Sequence record: NC_091964.1
Strand: one strand, 5' to 3'
Length of the DNA stretch: 64,000 nt
Shown: one piece after another, positions 1 through 9,929 of the stretch
Layout of the letters: the number at the start of each line of letters is the position of its first letter
How positions within the stretch are numbered: position 1 is the stretch's first letter
Position numbers and translations under genes: made by a program
The notes under the pieces: model-generated
Told to the model about the DNA's origin: nothing
The model's input: the letters and a program-made list of their open reading frames with translations, nothing else
The model's database searches: none

Positions 1-7
1 TTAATCT

Positions 8-36
8 AGGGGACTTCGGTCCCCTTCTTTTTTTTT
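8..36 (+). terminator. Intrinsic terminator
   Basis: AGGGGAC-TTCG-GTCCCCT plus T9. Confidence 0.85.
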
Positions 37-67
37 GTTTCTTATGTTGACGACATAGGAGGCAACA

Positions 68-817
68 ATGGCTATTGAACGCAATGAATCGATCCGCAGT
101 ATTCAGTCTCGTCTGATTGCTGCTGGTCTGTTAACCGACAAGTCTGGAGCTGATGGTATTTGGGGACCCGCCTCCGAAGCCGGTTTCCAAAAGCTTCTGG
201 GTAACGCAGGTACACCGGTGGATAAAGGCTACGACATTGCCTGGTCTGCTAAAGTAAGTCCGGAGTTCGTAACGAAGGTTAAGAAGATCGCTCAGATGCT
301 TCAGATGCCTTCTACTGGTCCGGATGACCTTATGTCCTGTATGGCCTGGGAATCAGGCGAGTCTTTCGCTCCGGATAAACGTAATGGTGCAGGTAGTGGT
401 GCAACAGGTCTGATTCAGTTCATGCCTGCTACAGCTCTGCCGTACTTTAACAGTGCTGCTGATATCGCGAAGATGGACGCTGCTACTAAGAAAGCGAAAG
501 GTATCGAAGCTTGCAACCGTCTGGCAGCACTGACTGCTGAACAACAGCTTGACTTTGTTTATAAATACTTTGAGCCGTATGCAGGTAAACTCAAAAACCT
601 GGGTGACTTGTACATGGCTATCCTCTGGCCGAAAGGCGTGGGCAAGACGGATGACTACGTACTTTGGAACTCTGCAACCGCACCGACAACCTATCGCCAG
701 AACATCGGCTTGGATGTCAACAAAGATGGAAACATCACCCGCGGCGAATGCGTATTCAAGGTACGTGAGAAGTATAACAAAGGTATGCAGTTAACCAATC
801 GTCGTCCGTTGGTTTGA
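68..817 (+). CDS. Endolysin: N-terminal peptidoglycan-binding domain plus lysozyme-like/lytic transglycosylase domain
   Basis: IQSRL...ADGIWGPAS is a PG-binding motif; MAWESG...ATGLIQFM carries the catalytic Glu and GLxQ motif; SD AGGAGG before ATG; TATG late-type element at 44-47. Confidence 0.85.
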   Translation: MAIERNESIRSIQSRLIAAGLLTDKSGADGIWGPASEAGFQKLLGNAGTPVDKGYDIAWSAKVSPEFVTKVKKIAQMLQMPSTGPDDLMSCMAWESGESFAPDKRNGAGSGATGLIQFMPATALPYFNSAADIAKMDAATKKAKGIEACNRLAALTAEQQLDFVYKYFEPYAGKLKNLGDLYMAILWPKGVGKTDDYVLWNSATAPTTYRQNIGLDVNKDGNITRGECVFKVREKYNKGMQLTNRRPLV

Positions 818-824
818 CTCCGCT

Positions 825-854
825 GAGGGGACTTCGGTCCCCTCTTTTTTTTTT
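825..854 (+). terminator. Intrinsic terminator of endolysin
   Basis: GAGGGGAC-TTCG-GTCCCCTC plus T10. Confidence 0.85.
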
Positions 855-897
855 GCCTGAATTATATGAACTTCTAAGAACTAAAGGAAAAAGAGAA

Positions 898-1578
898 ATG
901 TTGTATAAATTAAATTTGCGTCCCGGTAACCTCAGTACTAAGGTTTGGCAGGGATTTGCTTCTGATCTATACGCAGCTGTAGTAGAGAAGAAAATAGAAA
1001 ACATCGGCGAGGCTATTGATACGATGTTGGCTCTTGATCAAGGTGCTCGTTTTGATCTGATGACTCCTGATCGCAATGACCCGGTGCTTTCTTCTGGCGG
1101 GAAGATCATGGGTACTGAGATTCCTATCACGTTAGTAATTGATCTCACGCCTGCCGAACTCATCTTCCAGCTTAACCGTTATGCAACCGGTGTTAATGGC
1201 GACATCATTGCTCACCTGGTGAGTATCGATGGTAAGTTGAAGCTCTACCGTCCGTTTGATCCTCGTATTCTTAAAGCCTGTAATAAGGACATCACTAAAG
1301 TTCACGGTGTCGATATCATTTCTTTCAGTAGTAAAGAAGCGGGTATCGGTATTAAGAACTTCCTGGATAACAAGCTCTGTCATGCTATTGCCAGCATTGA
1401 TGAGCCTCTGTTCGGGGTCAATCCTGAGGCGATCGATGGGTTGGGTTATTGGCTTGCCCTGAAACTGATTATCGATAAGACGCAGCGTAAGTACCCGGAA
1501 TACACGCTGGCTGACTTAGTCCGTGTTACTGTCGGTGATAACCCGCGTGATCTTGATGTAGACAATACTGCACCCTGA
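898..1578 (+). CDS. Hypothetical protein (226 aa)
   Basis: Track start 814 runs through a terminator; ATG 898 follows AAGGA and an A-rich spacer. Confidence 0.6.
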   Translation: MLYKLNLRPGNLSTKVWQGFASDLYAAVVEKKIENIGEAIDTMLALDQGARFDLMTPDRNDPVLSSGGKIMGTEIPITLVIDLTPAELIFQLNRYATGVNGDIIAHLVSIDGKLKLYRPFDPRILKACNKDITKVHGVDIISFSSKEAGIGIKNFLDNKLCHAIASIDEPLFGVNPEAIDGLGYWLALKLIIDKTQRKYPEYTLADLVRVTVGDNPRDLDVDNTAP

Positions 1579-1581
1579 GAC

Positions 1582-1620
1582 AAAAAAAAAAGAAGGAGAG
1601 GCCGCAAGGCCTCTCCTTCT
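1582..1620 (-). terminator. Intrinsic terminator of sheath/tube operon
   Basis: AGAAGGAGAGGCC-GCAA-GGCCTCTCCTTCT preceded by A10. Confidence 0.85.
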
Positions 1621-1630
1621 GGGGCGGTTA

Positions 1631-2497
1631 TCAAACAGAGACTGCTTTCGCCGACTCCATGTTCGGGACGTAACCGGTATAGTCGATAGCCTGAACGTCT
1701 GCTTCTGCTTTCTGAATCCAAGCAGCGCGGAAGTTCGGGTCGATACCCGTCTGGTTTGCAGCGTCCAGGAAGCGCTGTGCCAACTGACGCACGCCGACAC
1801 CAACCTGCTGAATACAGGTGAAGGTGATAGAGTGGGTTACACTCTCAGGCGTTGCGGTGATGTCACGGCCGCCCTCTACGCGAGGACCTTGCATTGGCAT
1901 CATGTTGGTGCAGAGCCAGGCTTCCACTACCCAACGCTCAGTCGGATCCGGTTCTACAAACAGCACCGTAAAGGCGGTGTAGTCCGGATACAGACCGTAC
2001 GGGGTGCTACGACCACGGGACACAACGGCAGGGACGTTGGTTTCCGGGTTGCCCAGGAGGTTGAGGATATAGCCGTTCCAGAAGTACTTAACTGGAGTAC
2101 CAATCTTCTCAACCCATTCGAACTGTGGTTGCGAGCGATTCCGGCGGACTTTCGCCAGAGTTTGCATCATCTCACCACCGCCACCAAACGGGTTCTCGGA
2201 GTATTCTAACTCCAAGGACTGATCCAACCCGCTGATGGAACGTGGGTGGAGTTCGATGAGCGCTTTGAGGCACGCAAGCCATTTTTCAGGATTCGGCAGA
2301 TCTTTGAAACCAGCCGGTCCTTCCATCAGGAATGCGATTACCGGACGACGGGTGTAGTCAGCGGCACCGTGGTAATAACGGATGTCAGTGACGTAGCCCA
2401 TCTGGCCGGAATTGGTAAGGTCCGTTACCGGACCCTGGATACCCTCAGCATATGCCTCGTTAGCTTTGAGGATAGTGTTGGCGTCTTTATTAGCCAT
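1631..2497 (-). CDS. Tail tube protein (phiKZ gp30-like)
   Basis: 288 aa directly downstream of the sheath gene with 8-nt overlap; size and position match phiKZ-like tube genes. Confidence 0.75.
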   Translation of the reverse strand: MANKDANTILKANEAYAEGIQGPVTDLTNSGQMGYVTDIRYYHGAADYTRRPVIAFLMEGPAGFKDLPNPEKWLACLKALIELHPRSISGLDQSLELEYSENPFGGGGEMMQTLAKVRRNRSQPQFEWVEKIGTPVKYFWNGYILNLLGNPETNVPAVVSRGRSTPYGLYPDYTAFTVLFVEPDPTERWVVEAWLCTNMMPMQGPRVEGGRDITATPESVTHSITFTCIQQVGVGVRQLAQRFLDAANQTGIDPNFRAAWIQKAEADVQAIDYTGYVPNMESAKAVSV

Positions 2498-4568
2498 TTA
2501 AGTCCTCCCGGCGATACGCGACGGTGTAGGCAGACATTACGGTACGCATCCCGTTTGCACCGATGTCGATCGGGCAGGTCCAGCTGTAACCACGATTTTG
2601 GTCGAGGCGAGTCAACTGGGAGTGCGGGATAACGTCCATGCGGTCATCCATGGCACCGGCCGACTTGTTCTTGATCGATTCGTCGGAACGTTCGATCAGC
2701 TGAGCATCTTTCAGCTTCTGGTTGCCGGTCAGGTCACGCCAGGTTTCCCAAGCATAACGCGCCAGCTGCGCAACACACAGACCAACGATAGCTGAATTCA
2801 GGACCGAAGTCTGATCAGTATAGAAGGACTGCATACCAGGATAGAACAGGCGGTTGTTGTGGTCGTAATCTTCCACGTACACAACAGACTGGGACCACAG
2901 ACGGCGTTTGTTACGCCAGGTCTTATCGATCACGTTCAGACCTTTAACTTCAGTAACGATGTAGTTACCGTTGTCAGAGGTATCCGGTGCACGATCCGGC
3001 GACAGGATGCCAGAATCCAACGCGCCGTAACGCATCAGTTTATAGGCAAGGTCAATCGCCAGTACAGCTGAGACGCGGCGTGAAGTACCCGCGAGCTGAC
3101 CGACGTGTCCTACCAGCGCACCACGGAACGGAGGAGTTGCGTACTCCACACTATCCGGGAACATCTGAAGACGAGTGAGAATAGAAGACGCGATAGACTC
3201 CTCAGACTCTTCGTCATTCGGAGAGCGGCTGATATCCTGTGTAGAAAGGATCAGATAGCTGTCCTGACGTTTGTTCAACAGGTTCATCAGCGAGTACTTG
3301 GTGCTCAGAGAGAAACCAGAATCGCAGAAGAAGTTGAACGGGAAACGTGCGACGTTATCCAGACGAACACCCGGAGCGGAAAGGTCATCGAAGATTTCCT
3401 TAACCAGCGAATCCAGAGTCGCGTTGGACATGGTGCCGTCATTACCGCCTTCGAACCAGTAGTTCGCGTTTTCGGTAAACATGATAGAACCGCTGTTCAT
3501 ACCTTCCAACTGGACGGTGTGATACGGAACATCTTCAACGGTGCAACCACCGAAGAAGTTTACCTGGAGGTAATCTTTGTCGCCAGTGCCGACAGTACCG
3601 AACGGAGATTCAGTTGCCTGAATGTCTTTCAGTACCGGGTTCAGATAGTTGCGGTAAAGGTGGAAATCACCAACCTGCGAACGCTGGTAGTACTCAGCGC
3701 TATCATCTTCCCAGCCACCCGGCAGACGAGCGTCCATATCCAGAACAACGTCACCATCCTGAGTGGAGATAACGCCTTCGCCGAAGCTGAAGGTAGTCGA
3801 CACTTGGTCGAATTTGTTAGGGATAACTTTCGGTGCTTCGAATACCGAAGGACGACGGACCAGCTTCATGCGGTTGATGAAGCTACCCACTTCTTCGTTC
3901 AGATCCGGATTACCCGGCACAGCAGAAGAAACGGTAGGTGCCCACATGCAGATACCGAGGTTGTTACCTTCGGAACCGAAGTCGGCTACAACACCATCGG
4001 CCAGCGGGAAGCGGCGCGATTTTTCGCCAGCAATGGTGGAGGTCATTACACCGTCGGAAGGCTCACGCTTACCGAACAGGCTGACACCATTTTTATCCAG
4101 CGGAACAACAGTTTTGAAGAACGCGTAGCGATAGCCTACGACGGTTTCACCAGTGTCGATCAACGCACCCTGGTTATCACGGACATAGTTACCGGAATCG
4201 TCGCGCTCGTAGACCGGGAGATTGTCTTTAACGATCTCAAAGTCGAATGCGATTGTTGCTTCAGGTGCCGCATCTTTCGGACGCAGGCGCCAGAAGATAC
4301 CGCGAGTTGCTGCCTTGATCGCACGACTGATATAAGTCATTGCGTGGGTAGCGTATTTGGAGTCAAAATCGATAACCTCTTCGCCGTAAGACGAAATGAT
4401 TTCCGAAGTCGCCATCCACGCCGGGCCTTCTTTACCCATAGGGGAGAAGCCGAACATGATCGGACGAACAAACGGAAGGGGCGTGTTAGCCAGGCTGACC
4501 GGGCCTGCTGACTTATCCAACGTCCCTAACCAATAAAGACCCGGAGTCGAGCTGGTAATCTGCTCCAT
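2490..4568 (-). CDS. Tail sheath protein (phiKZ gp29-like)
   Basis: About 690 aa; sheath-like C-terminal segments (FPFNFFCDSGF, GYSWTCPIDIG); divergent from the structural/terminase operon as in phiKZ; ATG 4568 has SD GGAG. Confidence 0.85.
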   Translation of the reverse strand: MEQITSSTPGLYWLGTLDKSAGPVSLANTPLPFVRPIMFGFSPMGKEGPAWMATSEIISSYGEEVIDFDSKYATHAMTYISRAIKAATRGIFWRLRPKDAAPEATIAFDFEIVKDNLPVYERDDSGNYVRDNQGALIDTGETVVGYRYAFFKTVVPLDKNGVSLFGKREPSDGVMTSTIAGEKSRRFPLADGVVADFGSEGNNLGICMWAPTVSSAVPGNPDLNEEVGSFINRMKLVRRPSVFEAPKVIPNKFDQVSTTFSFGEGVISTQDGDVVLDMDARLPGGWEDDSAEYYQRSQVGDFHLYRNYLNPVLKDIQATESPFGTVGTGDKDYLQVNFFGGCTVEDVPYHTVQLEGMNSGSIMFTENANYWFEGGNDGTMSNATLDSLVKEIFDDLSAPGVRLDNVARFPFNFFCDSGFSLSTKYSLMNLLNKRQDSYLILSTQDISRSPNDEESEESIASSILTRLQMFPDSVEYATPPFRGALVGHVGQLAGTSRRVSAVLAIDLAYKLMRYGALDSGILSPDRAPDTSDNGNYIVTEVKGLNVIDKTWRNKRRLWSQSVVYVEDYDHNNRLFYPGMQSFYTDQTSVLNSAIVGLCVAQLARYAWETWRDLTGNQKLKDAQLIERSDESIKNKSAGAMDDRMDVIPHSQLTRLDQNRGYSWTCPIDIGANGMRTVMSAYTVAYRREDLNG

Positions 4569-4602
4569 CTTTATCTCCAACTAATTAGTTTAGGTCAAGA
4601 CC

Positions 4603-4624
4603 ACGTAGTATGTACATAATACGT
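4603..4624. promoter_or_regulatory. Near-palindromic divergent late promoter
   Basis: ACGTAGTATGTACATAATACGT has TATG on both strands between sheath (-) and structural operon (+); TATG is the phiKZ late promoter core. Confidence 0.6.
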
Positions 4625-4672
4625 CATACTATTCGAACAGTTAACAGTCAAAATTAACGGAGTGAACAAATA

Positions 4673-5602
4673 ATGTTTCGAACCGCGTATAGCACTAACG
4701 CTGCTTCTTCCTTCATGAGCCCTGAGATTTTGGGTCAGTTGGCTATTGCTTCGGCAGAGGGAACGTTAGTTAAAATTGATCCTAAAGTACCTTCCCTTCT
4801 CGCTCTGATTGACCGCGGCCCGCGTGGTAAAGAAATACCTCCGTTCGAGCACCCTGTTCACATTACAGGGAAAACTAGTAGTCACAGTGATCGCGGTTAC
4901 TGGGTTATCGATATGCGTCCTTATGCTGGTCGCATTACGACACAAGATGGTGGATTCCTTGTCCCCGCTGATAGCCCCGCAGCGTTACTGATTCTGCGAG
5001 CTAAGGTTGAGATGTTCTGGAACCAACAGAGCCCTGGTGAAATGATGTTCTGGGGAGATCTTCCTTTTGTCGTATTTGCTCGCTGGTTGACTGGTACGCT
5101 AAAAAACCGTTTAGCTCTGGGACCGGATGATATTGCGCATGTCCAGGTTATCTCTGCGTACTACTTCTTCAACCTTTTCTACGAAGAAGGTGATTTCGGT
5201 GCTAAGCAAAAACAAGCAGCTGCACTGAAGATCAACCGCATGCTCGGTATTCCGTTGGAGCGTGTACAAGGTTGGCTCCAGCCACTGGACTACATGGGCA
5301 ACCTGAACGACCTTGCCCTGCGTCTCACTGAACAAGTTGATAACCCGGCTGTTCGTCTGATCGATGCTAAGTATCTGATCAATGCTACAATGAACTCCTG
5401 GTTTGGTTCTGCTGACAGTCGCGCACTGATCGCAGTATCGCTCGAATTTCCTCCTGCCTTTATTGCAATGATTCTTGCCTGTGGTAATACGTCGCAGTAC
5501 AAGAAGTCTGCAATCGGGGAAGCAGTAGAGCGTGAGAAAGCCAAATGGCGTTTCAATGAATACCAGCGTCTGGCGTTGGATGCCCTCAAATCCCTCAATT
5601 AA
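4673..5602 (+). CDS. Conserved virion structural protein (phiKZ gp28 position)
   Basis: 309 aa with SD GGAG; first gene of the operon ending in terminase; call is by synteny. Confidence 0.55.
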   Translation: MFRTAYSTNAASSFMSPEILGQLAIASAEGTLVKIDPKVPSLLALIDRGPRGKEIPPFEHPVHITGKTSSHSDRGYWVIDMRPYAGRITTQDGGFLVPADSPAALLILRAKVEMFWNQQSPGEMMFWGDLPFVVFARWLTGTLKNRLALGPDDIAHVQVISAYYFFNLFYEEGDFGAKQKQAAALKINRMLGIPLERVQGWLQPLDYMGNLNDLALRLTEQVDNPAVRLIDAKYLINATMNSWFGSADSRALIAVSLEFPPAFIAMILACGNTSQYKKSAIGEAVEREKAKWRFNEYQRLALDALKSLN

Positions 5603-5612
5603 AAGGTGAGTT

Positions 5613-8147
5613 ATGATCACTGATTTCCTCCAGGCGTACGTCGCCAAAAATATTTGGTGCGCGCCTTTCCAGGACAATCAGGTAATTCTGAAACTCAGCA
5701 GGATGTCATTCCCATCAGGTACGGATAAACATACCGATATCTGGTGGGACGACATTACGTTACCTGATAAGACCAGTAAATGGACGATCTACAACATCGG
5801 CCAAAACACTGCCTGGCGTACTAACTTACCAATGAAGAAAATGAAGTGGATGCCTCTGGCCTATTGGGGACAGCAGAACAAAACCATCTTCGATCTTTAT
5901 TTCAATAACGGTAAAAAGGTTCCGGCCTACCAGGCTTATGTATTGTTGACGGAAGACCAGGATTATGTTCTGGCTGTTCGCATGGCGGAAAACTATTACA
6001 GCCTGATCAACAATACCCTTTATCTTCGTGCCTATCGTAACGGCTTCTGGAGTTCCGATCGCAGTGACTACTACCCTTACACGGTAGAGTACGGCGGCGG
6101 ACGGGCAATGACTAAACAGCTTATTACCGAATACGCGCAGGACATTGCTATACTGCGACGTTATCCGGGTGTCGTGAACGTATTCCTTAACGGTGAGTGG
6201 GTTGATAATATCGACAACGCTCGTGTTAAGATTGGCGATTACGTTGAATACGTACATGACGGTTCAGTTGCGCGCATTGTTGACTTTAAAGTCACCTCTC
6301 TGCGTGATTACCTTTCGGTACTGGACGGGGTACAGAAGTACCTCCTGCATCCGCCGAAAGAAAAGAACGGCGTTATCCGCTATCGCGATGATATTGACCT
6401 GTTCCTTTATAAGCGTAATACCGATGGTACGCTGAAAGGTCGTTATTATCATCGTAACACGGAGAACTCTCTTCGCATGATTACCCATGCGGATTACGGA
6501 ATTCCGGTCGCTACGATTATGTCGTACGTTCAGGATCCGAAAGACCCGTGGGCTAAACGTGAAGATCTTTATCTGCGTTTGCACATCCGTGATTCAGGGT
6601 ACGCTCGTCCTTTAGTGGATGAACACACTCACCTGAAAGAGCTGTACCGGATGACCGACCTTGAAATAGCCCGTGCTCTTCTCGGTATCGATGCCACGTT
6701 GGATGAATGGTATGCGCCGAAGTTAGAGCAATCGTATTACACTGAAGTAATGCGTAAATGGTGGCCTCCATTCGACTACATGAAAATGCTGTCGATGTTG
6801 GGTTACGATGCACTGGCTAAGCTATTGTCGGACAGCCCTATTGATGTCCAGGTAGACGGTGGCGTTAAGATTATCCCGATGGGCGCAGGTCAGCAATCAG
6901 ATGCAACTGTATTTGAGTACGATGCTGACGGTCTGTTCCTTGGCTGGTACTATCACAGCACTGGTGATGCGTATATTGTTCGTAATGACAGTTGTGCATT
7001 CGGGGAAATCTATTTGGGCCAAGGCAACAAGATCCTTGATTGGGTTCCTGGTAACAACGATTATTCGTTACTGGGCGGTCGTATGTATCGCTTCTATTAC
7101 TGCGACAAGATTAAGGATGTCCCGACGCTTGAATATAAGGTCGCGGTCGAGGGTGTCAACTATGCTATTGATAATGGTGTAGTGAAGTGGATTCATTCCA
7201 AGACCAGTAAAGAAGGTTTGATCTGGTCGGATAAACGCTTCCTTATTAACGACGTGAAATGGCAGGCTCAGTCTGGGGTATATCGATTACAGATTAACCA
7301 CAGCAAGACAAATGCAACACCGTTGCCTATTCCTACCGAGAAGCTCATGCTTCTGATTAACGGTAAGTCGGCGGTCGAAGGTGTTGACTATTATGTTCGC
7401 TGGCCAGAGATCATGGTCGTTTCTAAGACCTTGCTACATTTCGATAAGATCAACACCTTTACGATTGTTGGTCAGGGAATGTCGAAGGACTTGATGCGGT
7501 CCACGCCGAAAGACGTCGGGTTTGCCTTCAAAGGGATTCTGTCAGTCAACGATCGTTTCGATCTGCGCGATGACCGGGTGATGCGCTTTGTGGTTGACGG
7601 TAAAGTAAAACGTCGTAAGGATGTTTACTTCGCTGAAGACTATCCTAGCGAGAACCTTCCGCTGGCGCGTAACGGCGCGATCTATGAATCTTCTCCGGTA
7701 TATGTTCCTATCCGTGATTTGACCTTCGAGCAGATGGACAAGTTGCGTAGCGAGCAAGAAGACTTCAACAGTCGTCTGGAGGACTTCCTGACTGTCCGCC
7801 ACCCGCAGCCTAAGATCGATGGACCTAACCCGATCAAGGCACGCTACCAGCTCTATAGCCCGATGCTGACTCAGATGTTGTATGACATCCAGGAAGGTAC
7901 TCTGGTTGTTCCAGTGGTTCCGGAGAATATGGATGACTTGCAACGTGCGATGCGTCCTTATCTAGATTTCCTGGACTTCGAGCCAACGCTTGTGGGTATC
8001 AACCCCAACTACGTGATTGTCGTACCCCATCCGTTCGATAATATGGCGGAAGTTAACGAGCGTACTTACCGTTTCTTTGAGATGGTAGTCAAGACGTACT
8101 TGAAGGGTGCTATCGACATTAATACTCACTTCATGATTAAGGGCTGA
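5613..8147 (+). CDS. Large virion structural protein (phiKZ gp27 position, probable baseplate/tail)
   Basis: 844 aa, N-terminal NIWCAP, beta-rich; synteny. Confidence 0.6.
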   Translation: MITDFLQAYVAKNIWCAPFQDNQVILKLSRMSFPSGTDKHTDIWWDDITLPDKTSKWTIYNIGQNTAWRTNLPMKKMKWMPLAYWGQQNKTIFDLYFNNGKKVPAYQAYVLLTEDQDYVLAVRMAENYYSLINNTLYLRAYRNGFWSSDRSDYYPYTVEYGGGRAMTKQLITEYAQDIAILRRYPGVVNVFLNGEWVDNIDNARVKIGDYVEYVHDGSVARIVDFKVTSLRDYLSVLDGVQKYLLHPPKEKNGVIRYRDDIDLFLYKRNTDGTLKGRYYHRNTENSLRMITHADYGIPVATIMSYVQDPKDPWAKREDLYLRLHIRDSGYARPLVDEHTHLKELYRMTDLEIARALLGIDATLDEWYAPKLEQSYYTEVMRKWWPPFDYMKMLSMLGYDALAKLLSDSPIDVQVDGGVKIIPMGAGQQSDATVFEYDADGLFLGWYYHSTGDAYIVRNDSCAFGEIYLGQGNKILDWVPGNNDYSLLGGRMYRFYYCDKIKDVPTLEYKVAVEGVNYAIDNGVVKWIHSKTSKEGLIWSDKRFLINDVKWQAQSGVYRLQINHSKTNATPLPIPTEKLMLLINGKSAVEGVDYYVRWPEIMVVSKTLLHFDKINTFTIVGQGMSKDLMRSTPKDVGFAFKGILSVNDRFDLRDDRVMRFVVDGKVKRRKDVYFAEDYPSENLPLARNGAIYESSPVYVPIRDLTFEQMDKLRSEQEDFNSRLEDFLTVRHPQPKIDGPNPIKARYQLYSPMLTQMLYDIQEGTLVVPVVPENMDDLQRAMRPYLDFLDFEPTLVGINPNYVIVVPHPFDNMAEVNERTYRFFEMVVKTYLKGAIDINTHFMIKG

Positions 8148-8149
8148 CA

Positions 8150-9880
8150 ATGGCAGCGGTAATTAATACTAACGACTTTGGCGTTCGTTACGCTACTGCG
8201 TTGACGGTAGAGACGCCTGATGACGTCCCCGTATGGGATCCGGAAGGGCTCCATAAAGAGTGGGGCGACTGGGAAGTCTACATGGGTAAGGACAAGATCG
8301 GTGAAGGTAAGAAGGGACGTTTCGTCCCTAACCTCTACGATAAGGTCTGGGGCCCGGTAACAGGAACTCGCTACGTTAAGGAGCTGAACCCTACTACACT
8401 TATTCCTGTACTGGAACGTGCGGTAGAACCAGTTATCGGTGGTGCTGATTCTAAGGACTGGTTACTGGGTGTAGGTGACCGTTGGCCTCAACAGGGCTTC
8501 TTCATCTACGCTGATAACTCGCAGACGATTCCTCGTATCTCTGTCGATGCGCAGGCGATCTTCCGTCATCCGAGCATCAGTTACTTCCGTCTGTACGGTA
8601 CGGACCCGAATAACCAGAACGAAGTGCTATCGGCATGGTATAACCAGTCTGGTGAATACATCGATAACCAAATCCCTCGTCTGTTGGTCGAATCGACCCA
8701 TAGCCCTGACGGTTATCAGTACTACGTACCTGAAGTGTTCTGGGGAACTCGTCAGCTGAAAGAAGGTGAGGAAGTTAAGCTCATCGGATACAGTGCTGAG
8801 AACTCAGAGATCTCAGAAGCAGTGTTCGTGGTACGTCTGGGTAACAATGTCCGTCGTGGTAATCAGCCGGTGCGGCGTATTGCTTCTATCGAACTGCGCT
8901 GTCCGTATCTGTCGACCACTGAGGAAAACCGTATTCGTATTCCTACCGGGACTAACATTGCCTCTGTTGCGATGATGTGCCGGTTGAACTACGAGAACGG
9001 CCAGTGGATCGATATTCCAATCGATGGCGTTAAAGTTCGTCTCCAGGGCCTGGAAGAAACTGTTTCCAGTTCCCCTGGTAAACTGCGTGACATTATCCTC
9101 TACTATTACATGGGCGAGGGCGAGGTCTACGTAGGCTCTGATACGAACGACGGTAAAGCGATGGTTAAGGTCTACACCGTGGAAGTGGATCCTACTCAAG
9201 AAACTTACGGCTTCAAGCTGTTTGGTTATCCGAGCTGGGTCAACGCTAACAACGGTTATGCGATCTTCTGGTTCCTACACGACTACGATCATAGCCAGGT
9301 CTACGATGTTACTAACATGGTGGAACTTACTGCTAACTCTGCTGAATGGGATCCGTTCCTGTACGGTAGTAAGCAGTACCTGCGCGTGGCACTTGACGTC
9401 GAGAAGGTTGATCCTCGCTACAGCACTTACCGTCATGCACAGACGATTCAGTTCACTCTGATGCAGGCCGGTCTGGTTGATACGCTCAATCACTGGCGCG
9501 TATACTTTGAGGATGGTCAGGCTCCTGGTTACGGCGATGGTTGCCGTGCAGACCTTACCTACGTATCTTCACAAGTCTGGACGGGTGATCTCACCTGTGG
9601 TTGTAAGACTCTGGATGAATGGCTGGATAAGCTGTACTACCGCACACTCCCGCTGTTTGATCCAACCACTGAGCAGGCGCCATCTGTACCGACTCACTTC
9701 GTTTACACCATCCGTGGTCAACGTTATCGTCATCCTCTGTCTGACTGGAACCAGGTTATTCGTACTGCGACCGGCGGATCTGAAGGTGAAACTTCCGTTA
9801 TCCACTTTATCTCTAGCGAGAATGGTGTAGACCTGTACCTGAGTACGGCTGGTCTGTTCACTCACCAAATCATTACTTAA
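8150..9880 (+). CDS. Virion structural protein (phiKZ gp26 position)
   Basis: 576 aa, beta-rich, immediately upstream of terminase; synteny. Confidence 0.6.
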   Translation: MAAVINTNDFGVRYATALTVETPDDVPVWDPEGLHKEWGDWEVYMGKDKIGEGKKGRFVPNLYDKVWGPVTGTRYVKELNPTTLIPVLERAVEPVIGGADSKDWLLGVGDRWPQQGFFIYADNSQTIPRISVDAQAIFRHPSISYFRLYGTDPNNQNEVLSAWYNQSGEYIDNQIPRLLVESTHSPDGYQYYVPEVFWGTRQLKEGEEVKLIGYSAENSEISEAVFVVRLGNNVRRGNQPVRRIASIELRCPYLSTTEENRIRIPTGTNIASVAMMCRLNYENGQWIDIPIDGVKVRLQGLEETVSSSPGKLRDIILYYYMGEGEVYVGSDTNDGKAMVKVYTVEVDPTQETYGFKLFGYPSWVNANNGYAIFWFLHDYDHSQVYDVTNMVELTANSAEWDPFLYGSKQYLRVALDVEKVDPRYSTYRHAQTIQFTLMQAGLVDTLNHWRVYFEDGQAPGYGDGCRADLTYVSSQVWTGDLTCGCKTLDEWLDKLYYRTLPLFDPTTEQAPSVPTHFVYTIRGQRYRHPLSDWNQVIRTATGGSEGETSVIHFISSENGVDLYLSTAGLFTHQIIT

Positions 9881-9885
9881 GTTAC

Positions 9886-9915
9886 CAGAGGAGGGCTTCG
9901 GCTCTCCTCTGTTTT
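9886..9915 (+). terminator. Hairpin/weak terminator before terL
   Basis: CAGAGGAGGGC-TTCG-GCTCTCCTCTG plus TTTT. Confidence 0.6.
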
Positions 9916-9929
9916 AAGGAGTTCTCGTC

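Noticed and set aside
814-897. Track N-terminal extensions (814, 12044, 15596, 43263, 45689, 46533, 53555 and similar)
   Set aside because: They cross terminators, promoters or upstream genes; downstream ATGs have proper SD sites.
3105-4511. 468-aa ORF antisense to the tail sheath
   Set aside because: In-register shadow of a codon-biased gene (few TTA/CTA/TCA codons); no SD, implausible composition.
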